The position numbers were made by a program, and so were the translations under genes. The notes under the pieces were generated by a model, which had not been told where the DNA came from, did no database searches, and was given only the letters and a program-made list of their open reading frames with translations. A stretch of DNA of 64,000 nt from Macrostomum lignano (lineage: Eukaryota), in assembly GCA_002269645.1 (NCBI GenBank), contig NIVC01000632.1:124001-188000 (forward strand). Direction: 5' to 3'. Positions within the stretch are counted from its first letter, which is position 1. Each line of letters opens with the position of its first letter. Below are positions 53,271 to 64,000 of the stretch, piece after piece.

Positions 53271-56200
53271 CCCAGAAATATATTAAATGAAATTCTAAGA
53301 AATAGTTAGAAATATGCAATAACAATTTTCCAATAGATATTGTACTATAAGTTTTGCTTGCTTAAATTTAGACCCTACTTGTGCCTTCAAACATATGCAT
53401 TTCATAGGCCATCTATTGCCACATTCAAAGCTCTAAACTGAAAAAATTGTACATATTTGACTTTGAAGTACAGTCCATATGTTACAAATTAATGTTGCTG
53501 CTGTTTCTTCCAGTGTGCATATGTATACATGTGTGTATATACTTCTATAATCATGTTAACTATGCCAACTTATGGTTGATTGCCTTTGACACAATTGTCT
53601 TTACACTATCCAGATGTAAAATGTACTCATTCCAAGTCTAAGACTTCCAGCTAAGGGGTGTATATGCACCTCTTTGAAAACCTTTAACCTTAAGTATTTG
53701 CCAAATTGGCTATTGCCAAACTATTGTCAAATTAACTAGAAGCCTACTCAAATATCTACTTAAATAGCTATTTGATCAATAGTCTCTAAGCAGGTTTAGG
53801 CCTAATATCTATAAATATAAGATTATAAACTTGCAAATAGGTTGCAAACTTGCATAGGCCTAGTCTTTACCTGTCATTATATTTTGCTGATAAGAAAACA
53901 ATTAGTTTTAATTTATGCATATTTAAATAAACATTTGACTTTATCAACATATGGCAACATTTCTTAATGACTATATATGCAGCATCAACTTTGTCAATGT
54001 GTGAAGAAGGGAAGGCAACTATATATAGATATATATACATACAATGTCTTTACTTTACTTTTTGTCTTTATAACTGCATGAATTCAGGCCTAGTGTGGCT
54101 AGCTAAGGCCTACTTATATGGCTTAGCTGATGCCTATTGTAGCCAAGGTCTTAAACTACACTAAATACTCTTTTTTTCTATGTAAGCTGCACTAGTACAC
54201 TAGACTATTCCTATATTGCTAGGGGCTAATTTGCATTAGATTCTATCTATAATAAAAAGTTGTCATTGGCTACAATAAGATAGCTGACAAAGTTACATAT
54301 GAGATATAACTAAGTTTTTCAAACAAAATGTCCAGGGACTCTAATGTTAATATTACATAGATTTGAATGCCACTTGCTTTGTTTTTACTTTTACCTTAGC
54401 TACAATATATATTTTTATTGATTAATTGACTAGATTGTAGGTTTGCTCTTTTAAGGCATCAGTGGTTTTATATTGGTTTATAGCAATTAAGTTTTAGGCT
54501 TTATAGTGTAGTTTTATTGAAATCTGGATCTTAATCCTAATCATTAACCTTGAAAACTCTTAGAAAAAGTTATAAAGTGGATGTTAGACACATTGCTCAT
54601 TTAACTTTTTTATATACAAAAGTTGAAATGAGACAATACTTCCATAGCTACACTTATATTATAATTCAATCTCATCTTTACTGTATCATAAAAATCTTTT
54701 TTGTGCTAGGTTTAAGAATTTGTGGTGTCATTTTGGTACTATAGGTCCAGTTTCAAGGTACTGAATAATATTTTAAAGTGCCATGGCAACCATTTGGCAA
54801 AAAAACCCAGATTGAAATAGTAGTAAGTATTGCTATTTGCTAGGTTTTGACATTATATCATAGGTGGCCAAAATTATATTTTATACATTGCATTAATATA
54901 AATAAGTCTATTAAAGCATATAGTCTACCTATACTTTAGAATTCTATTATAGTTAGGAATATGGCCTAACTATAATAAGTGTACTTAACCCATGTTAAGT
55001 ACACACTAGTTCAACCAAGTATATATATTATGTACCAAATCAAATGTATACTAGAAAATGAATGATGTCTTTTAAATGTGACATACTAGGGGTCCTTAAT
55101 ATACTTGGTGCACAATCATGGTTATTATATGCTACTTTAGCAAGGTATATAATGTAGATAGGAAAAGAATATTTCTTGATTTATAAATGAAATAAATCAT
55201 TTATTCATTTTTAACTTGCATTTTATTGTTTAATATCTATATAAATTTTATCAATATATAGTTTTAATAGGTTTGGGCTTATAAATAATACATTGATTAT
55301 CCCCCAAACATTTATTCTAATGCATGCTATGCTACTTTGACTATGGCTAATACATGGAATATTATTAAGTCTATAGTGGTAAGCTACAAGATAGTACCAA
55401 CTCTGCTAATGGGATATAAATGGATTCTTTTATGTTAGAAACTACTAGCAATGGCTTTTCTTAGACTTAGGTCTAATCAATGAGTGTACCACTTGGTCAT
55501 AGAAAAGTTAGTAGCATAGTAGCTACTTGGATAGCTAGGGTGTAGATAAAGATAAACCTATAGCTAAGCCTAGCCTATAGTAATTGTGGCTACATAGGCC
55601 TAGCTAGACAAATTATACATTTTTTTATTGCAATATACTACTATGATATAATGAGATTAATATTATGCCAATCATTGGTTTGCTTATATTAGTATTCTAA
55701 AGATATATTGGTAGGGAAAATAAATAGGCTAGCAAATAAAAATCCATTATAGAGCACAATTGCAAAGGTTTTTTAGGGTTGCTATACCAAAAATGCTATT
55801 CCTAGGGATTAATATCTAAAGGTACTATATTATACTTTCATATAGATAACAAAACTATAAAAGAGTATCTTATATACATTTGCATATACTAAGTAAACAG
55901 TATTTTTTCTTTGAAATAAATAGAGAAAGTCATATTAAGAAAAGGGACAACATATAACCTTGACATTACACAGCTATTGAAAGATATTGGATACAACCAT
56001 TCTAAGCTGGAAATTAATATTAGCTAGATAAGTGTTTTGTTGGCTAAAGTCTTGCTAATATATTTTTTTATTTGTGGTTTTGAATTTTATATTATATAAG
56101 CCTTGATAAATCTTATATTATGTTTAGGCCTAAATAGCCCCTTTAAAGCCTATAGTATTTGACAAGCTTAACTAGCAGATTATTTATTTCTTTTTATAAA

Positions 56201-56880
56201 CTTTTTTGCATCTGTTTTTTATTCCCAAAATCTTGAGTTTCTCTATTAGATAGCAAAGTTCTCTCTTTTCAATATAGCTTTCAAAGTTATAACCCAAATC
56301 AAATTTGTTGGAGCTAAATTAATGTTAAATTTGGAGTGTCTTTTGCAAAGGCCACTAATAGTCCTTGGCTTCAAATTTTGTTTATATGGGTTCTAGACAG
56401 TAAAGTAAAAAAAGAGAGGAGAGTAGATGATATGCTCTTCTAGCAATAAATCCATATATATGTTCATAGATATGGTCAGCTAAATGTTTTTAATTGTTTA
56501 AATTCACAACTTAAATAAGTCCAAAAGGTGGTAAATATTTTGTGAAACTTCTATTTTCATCTTTAGATTAATCTGCCCACAAAAATAAATACAATTGACT
56601 ATTACAATTTGACTGTCAGCAAGTTCAATGCCAAAAATTTGAGGCAACAAAAGTCAGGATATGCAGGTCTCAACTACAAGAATTGAACTGGAAGGCTACA
56701 TCTGTAATGAAAAGGCAGGAATCGGAATAAAAAGTCGATGTTAGCTGTCTGGCTTGCAGTCAACTCTTGTAGATCCCCTCTTTAGAATTTATCTTAGCAA
56801 AGATGATTAAAATGAGTAAAATCGATCATCCTTGAGTAGTCGTTCAGTGGATTTTAATTCAAAATTCATGCCCCACTTGA

Positions 56881-57093
<213 letters not shown>

Positions 57094-58597
57094 AACGATT
57101 CTCAATATACTACTTGTAGTAGAAAGCTTGACAATTTGATTATAAAAATGCTTAACAGCTTGTTGTATATGACACCAGGTCAAGATTGTAACATGTAGCA
57201 GTAATGTTTTTGTTCATCATTTTATGTTTTGAGCCAGGGGACACTGACATGCTCAATTCAGTTCATAGCGTCTGCATTATTAGCATTACCTATGATTAAT
57301 TAAACCATTTTTCTTTTATATTCCTTAATCAAATTAATAAATCCTGCTTTATATATAAGCTATTTCTGTGAACTTCACAACAACACCCAGCTTACTCTAC
57401 TGTGAGTAGTCTATCAGGGTTCGAATGTTCTCTAACCTTTTACTTCAACCGCCAACACAAGTGTCAAAATGTTTTGATGATTAAATTAGCTATATTCTTA
57501 CGAATCTTATTTGTTATTTCTCTTGCTATTCTTACCTTGCCAGGTGAATTAAATACTGCACTTTTGCTTGGCTTTTGTTTTACTGTTTTTTAAAACTTTA
57601 TTTAAGAATCAATACACTGTCTACTACTACTTCTGAGCGTTCATCAGTCCTCAACTCTTTACTTTAACAAGACCGAATTTAATCATGAAGTTGTATTATT
57701 TGATTCGTTTCTATTCAAGCAACCGATATCGTAGAGATCGGCGTTCTACACATGCAGATGTTATTTACAAGCAGCGTACGTCACAAAAAACTAAGCATTT
57801 CAGAGTGCGAATTAAAAAAAACAATAAACAAAAATATCGTCAAAAATACTAGTAGGAGCTACGTATGTGCGTGCATGGTTACATGAAAATACCTTGTAGA
57901 AGGCCGTGTGAAGTCGGAGGGCTGTGCACAGACTTAGACTGTTGGGGGTGGCAACTGCCAGACTTTTTTAATTTTATTGAGGGTTAAACTTGAGGCTAAG
58001 TGCTTTATTTTGATTGTCCGATTGTGTAGTACATCGACAGGGTTAGGAAAGAGTCAGCCGGAGTGCGCGCTTAAAAAATCGATATCTTAATTTCAGCCTA
58101 CGCGCGAATGTACGATTTAAGACCAGAAAATCGATAATCTTCACCCACCCCATTCCGCTCCGACGTCAAGCGGAAAGTTGGCAGCGATTAAAACTTAATT
58201 GCAGAGGTGGGCAAAACTCCAGGCCGCTTAGGGTTTGTCTCTCTCCCCTCTTCTCTTCCATTCCCTCTCCTCTCATCTGGCCCGCAGCAAAGCGCTTGAT
58301 TCTTTACGTGGTCCTGGCGGTAAATTTGGCCAGCCCCTGCTAAAATGGTTTTAGAGATAAATAATCGAATCAATGAATAGAGAATTAATTCTGACAGCAA
58401 AGGCAGGAGGGATCAGCTGTACATCTCCTTTCAAAGAAATGAATTTGTTTCTGAAATAATGTGGATTGGACTATTACATGACATCAACCAACAGTCACTT
58501 CCAGGCATGTATTGCATTATTAAGTTAGATTTTGTGAATGAGAAACGGTTCAAAAGTGTTCGCAAAATTCAATTTTGCTAAACTTTTGCGGCAGAAT

Positions 58598-58945
58598 TCA
58601 GTGCTTGTCTTGCGCTGATGGCTCCGCATTGCCGCTCATGGCAACCTCCAACGGCCGATGCTGCATCACGCTGGTGATGAGGCGCTCTCCAAACTCTTCC
58701 TCGCCGGGATCAGCTGCCGAATCCTGCATCCGCAGTTCGATTCCGTCGATTGCGGCCTCGGCGGGACGCCGCCCCACTTGGTCCGCATTCAAATCATCGT
58801 CGTCGTCTTCGTCCGGCTCGCTTTCCAGAGCGTCGCCAACGTCGCCAAAATAGTCGTCAGCTGCTGCCCGATTCTCGAATGTCATCGGCTGACTGTCGGA
58901 CCAGCGGGAGCCAGCTAGCGAGGCCTGGGATGGCAGTGAGGGCAG
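58598..58945 (-). CDS. Possible terminal exon of an unidentified gene (acidic, disordered)
   Basis: GC-rich open frame after a ctgattgcag acceptor: LPSLPSQASL...ESEPDEDDDDDLNAD...QDKH*. No family recognised. Confidence 0.4.
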   Translation of the reverse strand: MPSLPSQASLAGSRWSDSQPMTFENRAAADDYFGDVGDALESEPDEDDDDDLNADQVGRRPAEAAIDGIELRMQDSAADPGEEEFGERLITSVMQHRPLEVAMSGNAEPSAQDKH

Positions 58946-58967
58946 CTGCAATCAGTTGCTTATTTAT

Positions 58968-59137
58968 TGAAGCAGGAGGCGGTGTGCACCCTGGCGCACT
59001 TTAAGCGTCGTTGTGACAACCGGAGAGAGGCATTACTGCCCATTCCGCCGACTCCCCTGAGCAGGCACACAAGCGCGTTAATGCGTACGCAGTCATACGC
59101 ACAGGCACACACTCACACAGGAGTGTACAGCGGCCCT
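58968..59137 (-). mobile_element. SINE family A, 3' fragment (copy 3)
   Basis: Reverse complement of the body of 3265-3615. Confidence 0.72.
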
Positions 59138-59613
59138 AATCTTTCATTTCTAAAATGCTACTGTAAGTAGAGCAATGCAAACCTGCGCAGTAAAACAAAA
59201 ACTTTGAATCATGTTACTATTCATAACGCAAGAGATGAACCTTGGTTACCTTTTATAGCGTAAACAATGAATTTACGATGAACCATAAAAAAGGTAAACG
59301 GTGTCCTAACCCCTATTGTATTCGAGCAAATTCTATTTCAACTGTCAAAGGATCAAATTCCTAAGATTTGAGCCCTTCAGTTCAATTCTCATCAAACTAA
59401 ATCGGAATAAACAGGTTTTCGCAAAATTTGTGTATTAACACAAGCGCTTTGTGAGCCTGAAAAATCTAAGACTCGGAGCAGTCCCAATGGACTTGGAGCA
59501 GTTCCAAGGAAGCTGGAACTTACTAAAGAAGATTGGGACTACATCTCTGAGATAAATCTGTACCGTTTGGTGAGACGTCTTTGTTCTTTGATTATCGAGA
59601 GCTGAGTTATTAT

Positions 59614-62600
59614 TGTAGTGCTCACGCGAGCCCAATTTATATGTACATCGGCCTTGCGTACAATTCATGCACTTCAAGTGCGGCGATTCTCCACCCCCAC
59701 TCTGGTGGCGTGATTTTATTCCATAGTCTGAAAATAAATAAATATCGATCAGCCCACCTAGCAGGGCTCCACCTTTCGTCTCAGCACACTCCGGCCTTTC
59801 TTACTATAGCCATTACAATGGCGTCGCAAGAGCGAGCCATGGCCTTGCAACTGCCGCCCCCAGCATCATTCAGCATTAGAGAAGACCCAACACACAGTCA
59901 GCAAACGTTGGCAAAAATGGGCTGACAACCTACAGCGCTACCTGGCGGCCAGCGGCATCACCAATGAGGCCCAAAAGCGGGAAATTCTGCTCTTACTCGG
60001 CCGGAAAGGAAATCAGCGACATGTAGAAAGAGATCGCTAACAGCGAAACAATCGCAGAAGGCCAAAGTGCAAAAATTTCAACACTTATCGTGACTTTCAA
60101 CAAACAGTTTAAAGGCCGCGACAATGTCGTCTTCATCAGATACCAATTCCGGAATTGCCTTCAAGAGGATGGCGAACAGATCGACTCATGGTACAGCAGA
60201 TTGTGGAGCGCATCAGAAGCGTGCCAGTTTGGAGACCTGCAGCAGTCACTGATCCGAGATCAAATCGTGGCCTGTTGCCGCAGCGATGCCCTCAGGAAGC
60301 GACTCTTAAACGTGCCAAACATCAGTCTCGCAGACACTCTACAGCTGGCGAGAACTCATGAAGCGGCCGAAAAGCAAGCCGCCATCATGTCGAAAAGCGC
60401 GCTGCCACCTCCGAAGACGTCAACATGCTGCGCCGCCGCCAGCCAGGTGGGTCAGCCCGCGAGCCGCCAAAGACTAACAGCAAATGCGTCCGCTGCGGAG
60501 AGTCGACACCGAAGCTACAACAAGGCCCAGGGCAAGAAGTGCGATAGCAGTGGCAAGATGAACCACCTCGCTAAGGCTTGTCTCAGTAGCCGTTCGCGCA
60601 TCGACGCACTTGGCCACGACTCGGACGAGCCGACCGACCAGTCATACGAGGAAGTGTTCTGCACGCTGGAAGACAAGAATGGGAGCGCAAAATTCGTCAT
60701 CAGCATCAACGGCCACGCAGTCAGGGCGCTCATCGACAGTGGAGCGAGCTGAAACGTGCTCGACCTGTGCACCTTCAGGCGGATCAGCAACCCGGGCAGC
60801 AGGATCGAGCCCTGCAGCACAAGGGTTTTCCCACTTGGCGCAAGCCAACCGCTGGCCGTTGAGGGACAAGCCAGGCTGATCGTGGCGGCAAACGGGCACA
60901 AGCTGCAGCCGAACTTCATCATCATAAAAAGCAGCTGCACCCCCATCATCGGAAGACAGACCAGCACCGAGCTCGGCATGCTACAGGTCGGCCCAGGAGC
61001 CAACAAGCAACCCGTATTAGTGGCAGGTCTGGGTCACGAAGCATCAACGACCAGCACCCGACCGACAACGCGCAGCTGCAAAGCGTCCTGACCGAATTCG
61101 AGGATAGGTTTCACGGCATCGGCTGCGTCAAAGGCGTCCGCGTTACCATCAAGCTGCGTCCCGAAGCCACGCCAACATGCCAAGCACCGTCACGCGTGCC
61201 AGTGCACCTCAGAGACACCGTCAGAAAAGAGCTGGAAGAGCAGCTTGCTCAGGGCATCATCGAGCGTGTCCACGGACCTATAGCATGGTGCTCAAGAATG
61301 GTGGCTGTTCCAAAGGACGACAAAGGACGAATCCGTATCACCCAGGATCTCCGCGAGGTCAACAAATTCGTGATTCCCGAGAAGCAACCGATTCTTACAT
61401 TTGAGGAGGTTACGGACGAGATGGCCGGATCAACATGTTTCTTAGAGTTAGATGTCGCCAAGGCCTTTCATCAAATCGAGGTAGCCTTATGCGACTAAGG
61501 CGCCTCTGCATGGGCTATACGTCAGCCTCCGAAATCCTGCAGCGCGTGATGACGACTGTTCTGAGCGGACTCCCCGGCGTGCGCTGGGTACACGACGACA
61601 TCCTCATCTACGCCAAGTGTATCGAAGAGCACAACCAGCGACTTCGCGACTGTCTGCAGCTGCTGCGAGACCACAATATCACCCTCAACCCGGCGAAATG
61701 CAGGTTCGCGCAGCAAGAAGTCGACTTCCTCGCCATGCGCCTCACAGCAGCCGGAATCCATCCCAGCACAGAGAAGGTGGCGGCCATGAACTGCTTCAAA
61801 AGACCGACAGACGCTACCGAGGTCAGGTCCTTCCTCGGCCTCGTCACCTTTGTCGCTCGCTTCATTTGCAACCTGTCCGACAGGGAACGGCCGCTCCGAG
61901 ATCTGACAAAGCACGGGGCAGAGTGGACGTGGGGCGACCATCAAGAAGCAGCTTTCATCGACATCAAGCGCACGATAGCCAGTAGCTATCCACTTATCGA
62001 GGCGCTGGCATTCTTCAGCAAAGACCTGCAGTCCCAGCTGATTGTCGATGCCAGTCCAACCGGAGCCGGCGCCATCCTAGCCCAAGTGCAGCCTGATGGT
62101 TCGATTCGACCGGTGGCCTACACGAGCCGCAGCCTCAGCGCCACCGAGCAGCGGTACTCGCAGACCGAGCGCGAGGCACTCGCAGTAAAGTATGGCTGCC
62201 TAAAATTTCATCACTATCTCAGCGGCTGTGAGCACTTTAAAGTCATAACTGACCACAGACCGCTCGTCTCGATGTTCAGCCCAGGGTCTCGGCCGCCGCC
62301 CAGAATTGAACGCATGGCTCTCCGACTGCAGGACCTTGCCTTCAGCGTCGTTTACCAGCTCGGAGCCGGAAACCCGTCCGACGTGCTCAGCCGGCAACCG
62401 CTACCGCTGCCGCCAAACAACGGAGGCGAGCGGGCCGACGCAGCGTTCGTTGCCATGGTCGTCCAGGCGGCGACTCCTGTGTCTCTCAGCATATCAGCGA
62501 TCAAGGCGGCTTCGAAGCAGGACCCGACAGTGCAGGCTGCATGCCGCGCCATTCGCACCGGCAGCTGGGACTCCAAGGACGCGGATCTGAAGGGCATCCG

Positions 62601-63844
62601 AGGCGTCATGCACGTCAGACACGACGGCCTCCTATTGCGCGGCAGCTAGCTGTTCGTGCCTGCGGTGCTGCGGTTCCGGTGCCTTCAACTGGCCCATCAA
62701 GGAAGACACTGGACCGCCTGCAGTCAAAGGTCTGGTGGCCCGGCATGCGCTCGGCAGTAGAGACTCATGTGACGGTGGTTTAACATCTTTGGCCAGCCGA
62801 CAACGGGTGTCAACCGACAACGGGCCGCCTTTCTCATCATCGGATTTCACCAGCTTCCTGAAAGACCAAGGAGTCCACCATCATCGGATTACGCCGCTCT
62901 ACCCGCAGGCTAACGGAGCCACCGAGCGCTGCAACAAGGGCCTCAACAAAGCCATACGTGCAGCTGTCGCCGAAGGCAAAGACTGGACGGCAGCTGTCGA
63001 CGAATACCTGGCCACGTACCGGCGCACGCTGCACAGCTCGACAGGAGTCGCCCCGGCAAACCTGCTCTTCGGACACCACGTCAATGACACAATCCCCAGT
63101 CTTCACCACTCGCGACCTGTGAAAGCGACTCGAGCCGCCATTGCCGGAGCAAATTCGAATTGGCCAAGGAGAAGATGAAGGACTACCCAGACCAGCGAGA
63201 ACGAGCCGCTGACCATCAAATCCAACCAGGTGACCGCGTCCTACGGCGCCAGCAGCACCGACAAAAAACGGACACCTTCTTTGAAACCGTACCGTGGACT
63301 GTGGCCGAGGTTCATGGAGATGCCCTGGTTATTCAGCGTGGCGAGACCACTTGCCGACGGCACGCCACTCAGGTCAAGAAGCTGCCAGAGCCCCCGGCCA
63401 CGCAGCAGGCCGAGTCCATCGGCGAGACCGGCGGCCAAGAGGCGCCCGGCGAGCCCGCCGATCCGATCGCAGCCAGGCCGCACCCGCGCCAGGCCAAAGA
63501 CGGGGCCAAGAACTACAAGGAACCGGACCTCAGGAGACATTGAGTCTCAGTGATTGCTTTGCAGCAGCAGACCTTGACAATGTACTTTTTGGTCACAATA
63601 TTTTGTTTTTTATCCCCTTGTTACTAATCCGCGCGTGGAGAGATGTAGTGCTCACGCGAGCCTAATTTATATGTACATCGGCCTTGCGTACAATTCATGC
63701 ACTTCAAGTGCGGCGATTCTCCACCCCCACTCTGGTGGCGTGATTTTATTCCATAGTCTGAAAATAAATAAATATCGATCAGCCCACCTAGCAGGGCTCC
63801 ACCTTTCGTCTCAGCACACTCCGGCCTTTCTTATAGCCATTACA
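59614..63844 (+). mobile_element. Ty3/gypsy (Mag-like) LTR retrotransposon, full boundaries, disrupted gag-pol
   Basis: LTRs 59614-59817 and 63644-63844 (TG...CA; 1 substitution + one 3-bp indel); 5-bp TSD ATTAT; PBS-like TGGCG at 59819; purine-rich PPT before the 3' LTR. Gag (WYSRL...IRDQIV), protease ALIDSGAS*, RT (RITQDLREVNK, WVHDDILIY, FLGLVTFVARFI), RNase H (VDASPTG, YSQTEREALA, TDHRPL), integrase (WWPGM, TDNGPPF, PQANGATER), in gypsy domain order. Confidence 0.95.
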
Positions 63845-64000
63845 ATTATCGGCGGTTGTTGTTCAATTGATTTCTGTTGAATTTGAGTTAAAGGCCGCCT
63901 CCCTATTCCTAAGGGATTGGATAGGGTCCTTTGGACCGATTCCGATACTCTTAAGACGTTCATTGACTTTTGGTACGCTAGAGTAGCAGATAGGGGCATA

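Noticed and set aside
59435-59613. LELTKEDWDYISEI frame resembling a hAT transposase helix at the gypsy insertion site
   Set aside because: Only a short motif; the frame closes at once, and rejoining across the TSD gives no longer ORF.

Overview
Repeat-rich animal genomic DNA with spliced genes. GC-rich exons separated by introns packed with mini/microsatellites suggest a Macrostomum-like free-living flatworm (inference). Gene models were assembled by hand from GT-AG sites and exon phase. They comprise: a complete 11-exon DEG/ENaC channel gene (6684-15660, minus, ~1042 aa) whose finger region carries a kringle-like domain with a nested WSC domain plus a second kringle-like domain; a tandem paralog running off the left edge; a 4-exon Zic/odd-paired gene with an intronic tRNA-Ala(AGC); glutaryl-CoA dehydrogenase; TTC39; and SERP1/RAMP4. 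Mobile DNA comprises nested Harbinger- and P-like MITEs, a hAT MITE, two tRNA-derived SINE families, two probable solo LTRs, mariner and tyrosine-recombinase (DIRS/Ngaro) relics, and a full-boundary Mag-like Ty3/gypsy element with a 5-bp TSD. The main findings are the kringle/WSC-bearing DEG/ENaC channels, a near-identical 169-bp tract shared by the paralogs, and kilobase-scale CpG-free zones near the 5' ends of housekeeping genes.
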